Below, piece by piece: positions 48,779 to 58,554 of a stretch of 64,000 nucleotides of DNA. How positions within the stretch are numbered: position 1 is the stretch's first letter; the number at the start of each line of letters is the position of its first letter. A program made the position numbers and the translations under genes. Where the stretch lies: contig DATION010000006.1 in NCBI GenBank assembly GCA_035473115.1, positions 64,521 through 128,520 of the forward strand, given 5' to 3'. Source of the DNA: Candidatus Udaeobacter sp. GTDB taxonomy: Bacteria > Patescibacteriota > Patescibacteriia > Magasanikbacterales > GWA2-37-8. A model generated the notes under the pieces. That model had not been told where the DNA came from and ran no database searches. It saw nothing but the letters and a program-made list of their open reading frames with translations.

Positions 48779-49216
48779 ATGAAGGCTAAAAAGATAATTC
48801 TCTCGGTTTTTTTGGTTTTGGTCGTGGCTGCTTATGCTGTTTATCAGCGTTTAGGCGGTTCATCTCAGTCTAATACTCGTACTACAGAAACAAACACCAA
48901 TACTAATACAAACAACAATCAAAATAATCAGGTTGCCTATAAAGACGGCGAATATACCGGAACTGACGCAGACACGATTTTTGGCAAAGTACAAGTTTCT
49001 GTATTGGTTAAAGATGGCAAAATTGTCGATGTTAAATTTTTAGATTTTCCTAAGGATCAGCTTACTTCCAAAAGTATCAGTAATCACTCTTTGCCTATTT
49101 TAAAGACCGAAGTGATTGCCGCTCAAAATGAGAATGTTGATATTGTTTCCGGAGCTACCCAGACTAGCGAAGGCTTTAAACAATCTTTGGCTTCAGCTTT
49201 AGTAAAAGCAAAATAA
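48779..49216 (+). CDS. Extracytosolic FMN-binding (flavinylated) protein
   Basis: TM anchor, N/T linker, YKDGEYTG, VDIVSGATQTS flavinylation motif. Confidence 0.92.
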   Translation: MKAKKIILSVFLVLVVAAYAVYQRLGGSSQSNTRTTETNTNTNTNNNQNNQVAYKDGEYTGTDADTIFGKVQVSVLVKDGKIVDVKFLDFPKDQLTSKSISNHSLPILKTEVIAAQNENVDIVSGATQTSEGFKQSLASALVKAK

Positions 49217-49230
49217 GTAGAATAAATTTT

Positions 49231-49977
49231 GTGCTCAAACAAACCAGACTGTTAATGGGCATGCCTATTACCGTAGAAATTTGCGATTTGTCCGCTAATT
49301 CAGAAGCGGTAGATAAAGTTTTTGATTACTTTGATTACGTGGACAAAAAATTCAGTACTTATAAAGACGATAGCGAGATAAGCGGAATTAATAATGGAAA
49401 AATTCGGGAGAAAGATTATAGCGCTGACATGAAAGAGGTTTTTGGGCTTTGCGAGCAGACAAAAAAAGAAACAAACGGATATTTTGATATCCAGTTGAAA
49501 AATAAAACATACGACCCGTCAGGCTTGGTAAAAGGCTGGGCAGTTTATAATGCCGCCGAAATTTTACGTAAACTTGGCTTTAATAATTTTTACGTCGAAG
49601 CCGGAGGTGATATTCAGGTGAGTGGCCAAAATAGCCAAGGCCAAAATTGGCGTATTGGCATCCGCCATCCTTTTAATGAATCGCAAATAATCAAGACTGT
49701 CTCGTTAAGTAGCGAAGGCGTAGCCACTTCCGGAACTTATATTCGCGGCCAGCATATCTATAACCCATACGATGACAAAAAACCGATTACGGAAATTGTC
49801 AGTTTGACCGTCATCGGGCCAAATATTTATGAAGCTGATCGGTTTGCTACAGCGGCTTTCGCTATGGGCAAAAAGGGGATTAATTTTATTGAAAGTTTAA
49901 AAAATTTAGAAGGGTATATGGTGGACAAAGACGGTGTGGCTACTATGACCAGTAATTTTGAAAAATATTTAGCTTAG
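49231..49977 (+). CDS. apbE: FAD:protein FMN transferase
   Basis: MG, FSTYKDDSEIS, TNGYFD, DPSGLVKGWA, EAGGD, VATSGTY, HIYNP, AD.FATA.F. Confidence 0.93.
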   Translation: MLKQTRLLMGMPITVEICDLSANSEAVDKVFDYFDYVDKKFSTYKDDSEISGINNGKIREKDYSADMKEVFGLCEQTKKETNGYFDIQLKNKTYDPSGLVKGWAVYNAAEILRKLGFNNFYVEAGGDIQVSGQNSQGQNWRIGIRHPFNESQIIKTVSLSSEGVATSGTYIRGQHIYNPYDDKKPITEIVSLTVIGPNIYEADRFATAAFAMGKKGINFIESLKNLEGYMVDKDGVATMTSNFEKYLA

Positions 49978-49993
49978 TGAGTGTTTAAATTAT

Positions 49994-51514
49994 ATGCTTA
50001 AATTCATTGATCAATTCCTGAATCGGATCACGATGTATCGGTTGGTTCTTTATTATGTATCCGGTCTGTGGGTGATCGCATTTATTTTCAGTTTATTGCA
50101 CATTTTGCCGCATGCGCCGTTTGATTTGTTAGTCTCGGCTATAATTATTCACGCTGTCGGTTTTTTAGTTAATGCTATTTTTGCTCGTATTTTTCAGGTT
50201 CCCAGCAATCTGGAATCAGTATATACGACCGGCTTTATTCTGGCTCTCATTATTTCTCCGGCCCAGCCGTTTAGCCGGCTGTTGTTTTTGGGTTTAGCCG
50301 CAACTCTGGCTATGGCTTCAAAATATATTATTGCGATTAATAAAAAGCATCTGTTTAACCCGGCAGCTTTTGCCATCGCATCTGCAGCTATTGTCGCCGG
50401 ACAATCAGCCAATTGGTGGGTGGGCAATCTGTATATGGCGCCATTTGTTCTGCTCGGAGGATTTTTAATGGTCAAAAAATTGCGCCGCTGGGATTTGGTT
50501 TTAAGTTTTTTTGTAGTCGCTATTGCTGTTATCTCAACCTCTTTCTTTTTAAAGAAAAGCGATATGATGCTGATATTAAAAGAGGTTCTGTTTTATTCGC
50601 CGATGTTCTTTTTTGCCTGTGTGATGCTTACCGAACCGATGACTACACCGCCATCGAGAAACTTAAGAATAATTTATGGCGCTTTGACCGGTTTTTTGTT
50701 TGCTCCGTTTATGCATCTGGGGTCAATTTATTCAACGCCCGAATTAGCTCTTTTGGCCGGTAATATTTTTGTGTATATTGTCAGCCCAAAGTATAAATTA
50801 ATTTTAGAATTAAAAGAAAAAGTTTTAATTGCTCCGGATGTGTATGATTTTTTGTTTAAGCAAGATAAAAAAATGGTATTTAAGCCGGGCCAGTATATGG
50901 AATGGACTTTAGGGCATGAAGACCAGGATTCCAGAGGTATGAGACGGTATTTTACAATTGCTTCTTCTCCGGCCGAAGAATATTTAAGAATGGGTGTAAA
51001 ATTTTATCCTAATGCCAGCAGTTTTAAAAAATCTATCTTGCATCTGGAACCAGGCGACAAGATTATTGCTTCTCAACTGGCCGGTGATTTTGTTTTGCCT
51101 AGTAATAAAGATAAAAAATTAGTTTTTATAGCCGGCGGTATTGGCATTACTCCTTTTCGGAGCATGGTAAAAGATCTTTTGGATAGAAAAGAAAAAAGAG
51201 ATATAATTTTGATTTATTCAAACTACAGACCAGTCGATATCGTTTATCGAGATGTTTTGGATCAGGCCGAGCGAGAACTGGGAATTAAAACAATTTATAC
51301 GGTGACAGATTTGGCATCTTGTCCGGATGATTGGCCATGTGAACGAGGTTTTATTGATGAACAAAAAATTATGCGTTTAATCCCGGATTATAAAGAAAGA
51401 ACTTTTTATCTATCCGGTTCTCATTCAATGGTAGTTGCGTTTGATGAAAATCTGCGCAAGATAGGAATTAAAAAAATGCAGATTAAAAAAGATTTTTTCC
51501 CTGGGTTTGTTTAA
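49994..51514 (+). CDS. RnfD/NqrB-like membrane domain fused to ferredoxin-NAD(P) reductase (FAD/NAD-binding)
   Basis: ASKY..KHLFNPAAF, TEPMTTP; FKPGQY, RRYFTIASSP, IAGGIGITPF, C-terminal FFPG. Confidence 0.9.
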   Translation: MLKFIDQFLNRITMYRLVLYYVSGLWVIAFIFSLLHILPHAPFDLLVSAIIIHAVGFLVNAIFARIFQVPSNLESVYTTGFILALIISPAQPFSRLLFLGLAATLAMASKYIIAINKKHLFNPAAFAIASAAIVAGQSANWWVGNLYMAPFVLLGGFLMVKKLRRWDLVLSFFVVAIAVISTSFFLKKSDMMLILKEVLFYSPMFFFACVMLTEPMTTPPSRNLRIIYGALTGFLFAPFMHLGSIYSTPELALLAGNIFVYIVSPKYKLILELKEKVLIAPDVYDFLFKQDKKMVFKPGQYMEWTLGHEDQDSRGMRRYFTIASSPAEEYLRMGVKFYPNASSFKKSILHLEPGDKIIASQLAGDFVLPSNKDKKLVFIAGGIGITPFRSMVKDLLDRKEKRDIILIYSNYRPVDIVYRDVLDQAERELGIKTIYTVTDLASCPDDWPCERGFIDEQKIMRLIPDYKERTFYLSGSHSMVVAFDENLRKIGIKKMQIKKDFFPGFV

Positions 51515-51529
51515 TTTTTTCAGCTGCCA

Positions 51530-52108
51530 ATGAATACTGATTCAGATGAAAAATTAGTAGCTTTGTATCTGCAGGGAGATGAATCTGCTTTGCGAATTTT
51601 AGTACAAAAATATACCAGTGGTCTTTATAACTTTACGGCTCAGTTTGTCGGTTACGGACAAAACGCCGAAGACGTAGCTCAAGAAGCTTTTATAAAAGCT
51701 TGGAAAAGTTTATCTAAATTTGATTTGACTAAAAAATTTAAACCGTGGCTTTATCAAATTGCCAGAAATTCGGCAATTGATTTTTTACGTCAGCGCAAAT
51801 TAACTATTTCTTTGTCTGATACTTTGGCCGATGATGAAACCAAAAATGAAGCGGATTACTTGGTAGATCCGGCGCCCTTGCCGCTAGCGCAATCAATAAA
51901 TTTGGAAACAAAAGAAGCTGTACAAAATTTAATTAAGTCTTTGCCGTTAATTTATGGCACAGTACTAAAATTATATTACCTAGAAGAGTTTTCTTTGCCA
52001 GAAATTGCCCAAGTTTTAGGGGAACCTTTAGATACGATCAAGAGCCGTCATCGCCGCGCTCTGCTAAGATTAAGAAAATTAACCGCTGAATCTAAATTGT
52101 TTAGCTAA
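51530..52108 (+). CDS. ECF RNA polymerase sigma factor
   Basis: AEDVAQEAFIKAW, FKPWLYQIARN, region 4 EIAQVLGEPLDTIKSRHRRA. Confidence 0.93.
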   Translation: MNTDSDEKLVALYLQGDESALRILVQKYTSGLYNFTAQFVGYGQNAEDVAQEAFIKAWKSLSKFDLTKKFKPWLYQIARNSAIDFLRQRKLTISLSDTLADDETKNEADYLVDPAPLPLAQSINLETKEAVQNLIKSLPLIYGTVLKLYYLEEFSLPEIAQVLGEPLDTIKSRHRRALLRLRKLTAESKLFS

Positions 52109-52117
52109 GCCTGATGC

Positions 52118-52144
52118 TGCACCTTAAATGCTTTTATTAGCGTA
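52118..52144 (+). promoter_or_regulatory. Putative ECF sigma promoter, copy 2
   Basis: TGCACC-17 bp-CGTA ending 11 nt before the anti-sigma ATG. Confidence 0.65.
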
Positions 52145-52155
52145 CTATTAAGTAT

Positions 52156-52587
52156 ATGGACAAGTTTGAGCAAATTATCCGTTCTGCCATAAGTAGTGAA
52201 AGCGTTGCCAGCCAGCCGCCTGGTTTTTTGGCTGAAAAAATACTAATAGCTATTGAAAATAAGAGACGTTTTTATGTTTTGGCTAAGTTGATAATCTATA
52301 GTTTTAGTACGCTATTTTTTTTAGTCGGTTTGATATTGATTTGGCAGGCAGAAAAAATAAATATTATAAATTCGCCGGCTGTTAATTTATTGTCTTTACT
52401 GTTTAGCGATTTTGCGGTGGTTGTTAGTTATTGGCAAGATTACGCCTTATCTTTGATAGAATCTTTTCCGGTTGTGTCGGTGGTTGCCGTGGCCGTTTTT
52501 GTTTGGGCAGTCTGCGCTTCTCTGTGGATGACCGTACGAACTTATTTTTTATTTACTCATCGTTTTATTAAACGCATTCAAGCTTAG
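52156..52587 (+). CDS. Putative membrane anti-sigma factor
   Basis: PPGFLAEKI motif followed by TM helices; directly after the ECF sigma. Confidence 0.7.
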   Translation: MDKFEQIIRSAISSESVASQPPGFLAEKILIAIENKRRFYVLAKLIIYSFSTLFFLVGLILIWQAEKINIINSPAVNLLSLLFSDFAVVVSYWQDYALSLIESFPVVSVVAVAVFVWAVCASLWMTVRTYFLFTHRFIKRIQA

Positions 52588-52609
52588 CTTTAATTTTAAA
52601 ATACTATAT

Positions 52610-53068
52610 ATGACTAATGACATAAAAAAAATTATTGGGACCAAAGCGGTTAAAATATCCTTAACAATTTTTGCCGCGCTGATTGTAATCATAATTATAT
52701 TCTGGTTTGGTATGTTGGTAGGATTCCGAAAAGCTTCTTTTAGCTATCAATGGGGGAAAAATTACCGTAATCTTTTTGAAGCCAAATCAGAACATAAATT
52801 TTCCCGTGAATTGCGGGGTCGAGGTTTTTTTGACGCTCATAGCGCCGTTGGTTCAGTCATTAAAGTTGATACTAGCACATTAATTATCAAAGGCGATGAT
52901 AATATTGAAAAAAATATTTTTATTAGCGACCGCACCGTAATTCGCCGAGGCCAAGACAGTGTTATGTTCAATGATCTCAAAGCTGATGACAGAGTTGTTG
53001 TGCTGGGTGTACCTAGCAGTACTGGCCAGATTGAAGCCAGATTAATTAGGGTTATTTCTAAACCATAA
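52610..53068 (+). CDS. Membrane-anchored DUF5666-like (OB-fold) protein
   Basis: G.VIKVD..TL.I...T.I...DLKADDRVVVLG..G.IEARLI. Confidence 0.65.
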   Translation: MTNDIKKIIGTKAVKISLTIFAALIVIIIIFWFGMLVGFRKASFSYQWGKNYRNLFEAKSEHKFSRELRGRGFFDAHSAVGSVIKVDTSTLIIKGDDNIEKNIFISDRTVIRRGQDSVMFNDLKADDRVVVLGVPSSTGQIEARLIRVISKP

Positions 53069-53087
53069 ATTATTTAGATATATTACT

Positions 53088-54893
53088 ATGGTTCATAAAA
53101 TTGTTGATTGGCTTAAAAAGCATAAAATTTTAGCTCTTGTCTTATTCGTTGCATTACTTTTGGGTGGTAATTATATTTATAAAAAAATAAAAGGAAACGC
53201 TAGTCTGACTAGTTATGTTTTGGGTACAGTAACAAAAGGAACTCTGATTAATTCCGTTTCCGGCAGCGGCCAAGTTTCGGTAACTGATCAGGTTGATGTT
53301 AAATCAAAAGTGAGCGGAGAAGTGACCAGTGTTTCGGTTGCGCTTGGACAGGATATATCCGTCGGCACCATTTTGGCGTCAGTAGATGCTCGTGACGCGC
53401 AGCGGGCAGTGCGTAATGCGCAAACTGATTTGCAAACTGCCAAGCTTGAGCTGGACAAATTACTTGCGCCGACCGATGAGCTGACTTTATTGCAAGCAGA
53501 GAATTCTTTGGCGCAGACAAAAGAGTCAGAACAAAAATCCGAAGATGATCTAAAAAAAGCGTATGAAGATGGTTTTAACACTATTTCTAATGCTTTTTTA
53601 TCTTTGCCTGCCGTTATGACTGGTGTGCAAGATATACTTTTTGCTAACTCTTTTAATTTTAGCCAAGCTAATATAGATTTTTATGCCGGCGCGGTTAAAA
53701 GTTACGATGACAGAGTAACTCAATATCGCGATGACGCTTATGATAAATACCAAACAGCTCGCGCGGCTTATGATAAAAATTTTGATGATTATAAATCGGT
53801 CACTAGATTTTCTGATACCAGCACTATTGAAAAAAATATTACTGAAACTTATGACACTACAAAATTAATTTCCGAAGCTGTAAAAAGCGCTAATAATTTA
53901 ATTCAATTTTATCAAGATAGATTGACTGAGCATAATCTTAAACCTAGTTCAATTTCTGTTACTCATATTTCTAGTCTCAATTCTTATACTGGCACTGCCA
54001 ACAATCACCTTTCCAATTTGTTGGCTATAAAACAGACGATTAAAAATTCTCAGGATTCTATTTTAAATGCCCAGAGAACTATCGCGGAAAAAGAGTTGTC
54101 ATTGGATAAGATAAAAAATGGTCCAGACGATTTGGATATTCGGGCCAAACGAATAGCTGTCCAGCAGAAAGAAGACGCACTGGTTTCTACTCAGCAAGCT
54201 TTGGCAGATCATTATATCCGCGCGCCATTTGCCGGCATAGTTGCCAAATCAGATTTAAAAAAAGGGGATTCAATTTCTTCCGGCAGCGCAGTGATTACTT
54301 TGATAACCAAGCAGCATACCGCGCAAATTTCTTTAAACGAGGTTGATGCCGCCAAAATTAAAGTCGGCCAAAAAGTGAATGTAACCTTTGATGCTATTGA
54401 TGGTCTAAGTATTTCCGGCCAAGTTGCCGAAGTCGATACTATTGGCTCTGTTTCTCAGGGAGTAGTTACTTATAATGTTAAAATTGTTCTTGATACCCAA
54501 GATGATAGAATAAAATTGGGAATGAGTGTCAGTGCCGCTATTATTACCGATATTAAGCAAGATGTTCTTATTGTGCCAAGCAGCGCGGTAAAAACTCAAA
54601 ATGGGGTAAGCTATGTTGAACAGCTTGATCAAACAATTCAAAACCCAAGCAGTCAAGGTGTCACTTCAGCCGTTGCTCCGCACGAGCAGATGGTTCAAGT
54701 CGGTGCCTCTAACGATACTCAGACGGAAATAATTTCCGGCCTTAAAGAAGGTGATCAGATCATAGTTAGAACTATCGCTGCTTCTGCAGCCAAACCGGCA
54801 ACTACTCAGGCGCCAAGTTTATTTGGCGGCGCTGGAGGAGGTAATAGGAATTTTGGCGGCGGAGGTGGAGCTAGAGTTCCAGCAGGGAGATAA
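53088..54893 (+). CDS. MacA/YknX-like efflux adaptor subunit with long helical hairpin
   Basis: VSGSGQV, SKVSGEV, IRAPFAGIV, NEVDAAKIKVGQ, GMSVSA.I, TEIISGLKEGD. Confidence 0.9.
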   Translation: MVHKIVDWLKKHKILALVLFVALLLGGNYIYKKIKGNASLTSYVLGTVTKGTLINSVSGSGQVSVTDQVDVKSKVSGEVTSVSVALGQDISVGTILASVDARDAQRAVRNAQTDLQTAKLELDKLLAPTDELTLLQAENSLAQTKESEQKSEDDLKKAYEDGFNTISNAFLSLPAVMTGVQDILFANSFNFSQANIDFYAGAVKSYDDRVTQYRDDAYDKYQTARAAYDKNFDDYKSVTRFSDTSTIEKNITETYDTTKLISEAVKSANNLIQFYQDRLTEHNLKPSSISVTHISSLNSYTGTANNHLSNLLAIKQTIKNSQDSILNAQRTIAEKELSLDKIKNGPDDLDIRAKRIAVQQKEDALVSTQQALADHYIRAPFAGIVAKSDLKKGDSISSGSAVITLITKQHTAQISLNEVDAAKIKVGQKVNVTFDAIDGLSISGQVAEVDTIGSVSQGVVTYNVKIVLDTQDDRIKLGMSVSAAIITDIKQDVLIVPSSAVKTQNGVSYVEQLDQTIQNPSSQGVTSAVAPHEQMVQVGASNDTQTEIISGLKEGDQIIVRTIAASAAKPATTQAPSLFGGAGGGNRNFGGGGGARVPAGR

Positions 54894-54938
54894 AAATAGT
54901 TAAGACTGTATATATCTACGGATGTAAACTCATTCTTT

Positions 54939-55649
54939 ATGATTGAAATAAAAAATGTTGTAAAGACATATAAAAGCGGTGATGGCACGGAATTTCAAGC
55001 CTTAAAAGGTGTCAGTTTTAAAATTGAAGATGGAGAGTTTGTGGCCATTATGGGGCCATCCGGGTCAGGAAAATCAACTTTGATGCATATTCTTGGCGCT
55101 TTAGATACGCCGACAAGCGGCAGTTATTTTCTTGATAATAAAGACATGTCTGCGCTTTCTGAAGATGAACTGGCTGATATTCGCAAAGGAAAGATCGGAT
55201 TTGTTTTTCAAGCTTTTAATCTTTTACCGCGAGCTACAGTGCTGCGTAATGTTATGTTGCCATTAGTATATAATGGAGTTCATCATACCGAGAGGCAAGA
55301 ACGGGCGGAAGCTGCTTTAAAGGCTGCCGGACTAGATGAAAGCCGCTTTCACAATCTTTCCAATCAGCTTTCCGGAGGACAGATTCAGCGTGTGGCTATT
55401 GCCAGAGCTTTGGTAAATAATCCAGCACTAATTTTGGCCGATGAACCAACCGGAAATCTTGATACCAAAACCGGAGAAATAGTTTTGGGTACATTTCAAA
55501 AACTTAATTTGGAACAAGGCCGAACAATTGTTCTGATTACCCACGAACCGGATGTGGCGCAACACGCGCAGCGGATTATTTTTATTAAAGACGGCCAGAT
55601 TTTGAGTGATTCTAAAAATCATACGCAAAAAATAATTAAGAATTTATAG
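54939..55649 (+). CDS. ABC transporter ATP-binding protein (LolD/MacB-type)
   Basis: GPSGSGKST, LSGGQIQRVAIARAL, ADEPTGNLD. Confidence 0.95.
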   Translation: MIEIKNVVKTYKSGDGTEFQALKGVSFKIEDGEFVAIMGPSGSGKSTLMHILGALDTPTSGSYFLDNKDMSALSEDELADIRKGKIGFVFQAFNLLPRATVLRNVMLPLVYNGVHHTERQERAEAALKAAGLDESRFHNLSNQLSGGQIQRVAIARALVNNPALILADEPTGNLDTKTGEIVLGTFQKLNLEQGRTIVLITHEPDVAQHAQRIIFIKDGQILSDSKNHTQKIIKNL

Positions 55650-55663
55650 TATTTAAAATTATT

Positions 55664-56887
55664 ATGACACCAGCTGATTTACTAGAAGAAACTTATTCTG
55701 CTCTATCCTCAAATAAGGCTAGATCTTTTTTAACAATTTTAGGAATAGTTATCGGGATTGGATCAGTAATTGCTATGATATCTATTGGCCAAGGAGCCCA
55801 GACATCTATCTCGGACCGAATTCAATCCATTGGTTCTGATTTGGTTATGATTACTCCCGGAGCGCAGCGTGGAATTGGCGCTCAAGTCAGTTCTGGCCGC
55901 GGCGCGGCGCGTACTCTTACTCAAGAAGATGCCGATGCCGTGGCGAAAGAAATAAGCACAGCCAAAGCTGTGGCTCCGGAAATTTCTGGTCGTTATCAAG
56001 TAACTGCCAAAGGAAAAAATACCAACACCTCTGTGGTTGGTGTTTCGCCAACTTATCCCAGTGTTAGAAATTTAGAAGTAGATCAAGGTTCATTTGTTTC
56101 CGATCAGAACTTGCTTAGCCTTTCCAAAGTGGCGGTGCTTGGCCCGACAGCCCGTGATGATCTTTTCGGAGCCGATGCGGATGCTATCGGACAAGTAATT
56201 CGCATTAAAAATATTGAATTTAAAATTATTGGTATTACTAAACCAAAAGGCGGCAGTGGTTTTGGCAGCCAAGATGATATGATTTTTATTCCGCTTACCA
56301 GCGCGCAGCGGTTTTTGGCTGGTGAAAATTATGTCACAACCATAAGTGTGCAAGCAATCAGCTCGGATTCTATGTCTGAGACGCAGCAGCAAATTACCGA
56401 CTTGTTATTAGCGCGTCATCATATTTCTGATCCGCAATCAGCTGATTTTAGTACGTTAAATCAGGCTGATATTATTGCTACAGCCTCAAGCATTACTGGA
56501 ACATTTACTATTTTATTAGCAGCTGTAGCCGGGATATCGCTAGTAGTAGGTGGGATTGGCATTATGAATATGATGCTAACAACAGTTACAGAAAGAACCA
56601 GAGAGATCGGTTTGCGCAAAGCCATTGGCGCTAAACGTTCTGAAATTAATCTGCAATTTCTGATTGAAGCGATAATGTTAACCTGTATTGGAGGATTGGT
56701 TGGTGTAATACCAGGCTGGTCAGTTTCGTTTGGCATCAGTTATTTGGGAATTTTGCAGACTAGTGTTTCTTTATATTCTGTTTTGTTGGCTTTTGGAGTT
56801 TCGGCCGCAATCGGGATTATTTTTGGCTATTTTCCGGCGCGACGCGCAGCTGGTCTTAATCCGATTGAAGCTTTACGTTACGAATAA
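55664..56887 (+). CDS. ABC transporter permease (MacB/FtsX-type)
   Basis: RSFLTILGIVIG, GGIGIMNMML..VTERTREIGLRKAIGA, PARRAAGLNPIEALRYE. Confidence 0.95.
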   Translation: MTPADLLEETYSALSSNKARSFLTILGIVIGIGSVIAMISIGQGAQTSISDRIQSIGSDLVMITPGAQRGIGAQVSSGRGAARTLTQEDADAVAKEISTAKAVAPEISGRYQVTAKGKNTNTSVVGVSPTYPSVRNLEVDQGSFVSDQNLLSLSKVAVLGPTARDDLFGADADAIGQVIRIKNIEFKIIGITKPKGGSGFGSQDDMIFIPLTSAQRFLAGENYVTTISVQAISSDSMSETQQQITDLLLARHHISDPQSADFSTLNQADIIATASSITGTFTILLAAVAGISLVVGGIGIMNMMLTTVTERTREIGLRKAIGAKRSEINLQFLIEAIMLTCIGGLVGVIPGWSVSFGISYLGILQTSVSLYSVLLAFGVSAAIGIIFGYFPARRAAGLNPIEALRYE

Positions 56888-56944
56888 ACTTATTTATTAA
56901 TTTATATATAATATATTAAGTATAAAGGTTCCACCGTATATATT

Positions 56945-57066
56945 CTCATTCATTCGGAAATACTAAAATACATTTTAGTATTATCCTCATTCATATTGAA
57001 TATATTAAAATATAATCTTATTCATTCGGAAATATTTTAGCTCGCTAAAATATTTCACTCATTCAT
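56945..57066. repeat. Two tandem 50-bp palindromic intergenic units
   Basis: ATTCATTCGGAAATA-[hairpin]-CTCATTCAT at 56945-56994 and 57017-57066. Confidence 0.7.
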
Positions 57067-57073
57067 TTCGATT

Positions 57074-57514
57074 ATGAAAAAAATGTTGCCAGTGGTTGTT
57101 GTTTTATTGGTTTTAATAGGTGGAGGATCTTTTTATGGCGGTATGAAATATGCTGACAGCAAAAGAGCAGCTAGTTTTGCAGCCACTAGAAATAGTGGCG
57201 GGTTTAGGAATGCTACCGGAACATTTGGCGGTGGGCGTGGCGCAGCCGCGGGTCGTGGGGGAATGGGCGGTTTTGCTACCGGAGAAATAATTTCTAAAGA
57301 TAATAATAGTGTAACAATAAAATTACGTGATGGCGGCTCACAGATTGCTTTCTTTTCCAGCTCCACACAGGTTATGAAATCAGCTACCGGATCAGTGGAT
57401 GATTTAAAGGCCGGCGAAAATGTAATGATAGCTGGCAGCGCTAATTCAGATGGCAGTGTTACCGCTCAAAATATCCAGTTGCGTCCGGCTATGGCCACTT
57501 CTTCCGCTAAATAA
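57074..57514 (+). CDS. Membrane-anchored Gly-rich DUF5666-like protein
   Basis: GGSFYGGMKY, GEIISKD..S.TIKL.DG.S, DLKAGENV.I.G.N.DGSVTAQNIQ. Confidence 0.7.
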   Translation: MKKMLPVVVVLLVLIGGGSFYGGMKYADSKRAASFAATRNSGGFRNATGTFGGGRGAAAGRGGMGGFATGEIISKDNNSVTIKLRDGGSQIAFFSSSTQVMKSATGSVDDLKAGENVMIAGSANSDGSVTAQNIQLRPAMATSSAK

Positions 57515-57582
57515 TTAATAAATAAGCAAACAAAAAGAGCATTTGAAGTGAATGCTCTTTTTGTGGTATGATTTAATAAAGT

Positions 57583-57951
57583 ATGCCAAAAATAAATCTA
57601 GACAAAGCCTTGATAGAAAAAATAATTAATAAAGCCGAAGCTTTTATTAGTATGCCCAATGGGCTTACAGTTGAGGCAGCTTTTAATAAGGCAGTAACAA
57701 TATTTTTGGGAGATAAACATGGGGCTTGGGGTGAATATAAAAAAATTGCAAAAGGAATTTATTTAAATAGACAGAAGGAGTTAAAAGAAATAAGGGATAG
57801 ATCTTTATTAGATGGAGCCAGGGATGCCGCTTTGGCACGCCGAGATGCGGAAGTAGAAGAAGCTGAAAATAATAATGAAGATTTATCACATTTAAAAGGT
57901 CGAAGAGAAAGAGAAAATATTGCGGAATTTCCTAGACACACTCGAAAATAA
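57583..57951 (+). CDS. Hypothetical protein
   Basis: 122-aa ORF after a terminator hairpin and a TGTGGTATGAT extended -10. Confidence 0.6.
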   Translation: MPKINLDKALIEKIINKAEAFISMPNGLTVEAAFNKAVTIFLGDKHGAWGEYKKIAKGIYLNRQKELKEIRDRSLLDGARDAALARRDAEVEEAENNNEDLSHLKGRRERENIAEFPRHTRK

Positions 57952-57976
57952 AAAATAATTTATTATAATTTAATAT

Positions 57977-58471
57977 ATGGAAAAAATAGAAAAGAAAAAA
58001 ATTTTATATATAATAGGAGGGGTTATTTTGTTAGGTGTTATTATCTATGCTGTTTTTGTCAACTTAAAGAAATCTGGTAATGATCAAAATATTCCAGCAA
58101 ATAGCGAACCTGTATCTAGCGGCGAACCAACAGGTAATACTCCAGGCGGCACCGCAAGCAAGCCCGCTTCCGGAACTTCAAAACCAGCTGCTCGATCTTA
58201 TTTAGATGCTTTAAAAATTTATAGAACATCCGGCTATTATTTTCAATTTTCCGGCTGCAGCGGCAAGCCAGGTTCTTTAACTTTAAAAAAAGGAGTCGAG
58301 TTTATGTTAGATAACAGAGATGGCGTAAATCATAAAATAGTGGTTGAAGGCGGACAGACATTTAGTATTGGAGCTTACGGTTTTGCTATCGCTACAGCTC
58401 CATCGGCCATTGGTACCCACCATATAACTTGCGACGGCGGTGGATCAGCTTCTATTTTAGTGCAAAAATAA
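57977..58471 (+). CDS. Membrane-anchored protein, possible cupredoxin-like fold
   Basis: TM, P/S/T linker, P.SLTLKKG..DNRDGVNH..GTHHITCD. Confidence 0.6.
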   Translation: MEKIEKKKILYIIGGVILLGVIIYAVFVNLKKSGNDQNIPANSEPVSSGEPTGNTPGGTASKPASGTSKPAARSYLDALKIYRTSGYYFQFSGCSGKPGSLTLKKGVEFMLDNRDGVNHKIVVEGGQTFSIGAYGFAIATAPSAIGTHHITCDGGGSASILVQK

Positions 58472-58554
58472 TTTATATAAAAATTAGCAAAACAGCTCTG
58501 GCTAGAGCTGTTTTGTATTTGCCAAACGATTGTTTTTTTAGTAAAATAACTGCC

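Noticed and set aside
56945-57066. Possible CRISPR array
   Set aside because: Only two units, variation is inside the repeat, and no cas genes are present
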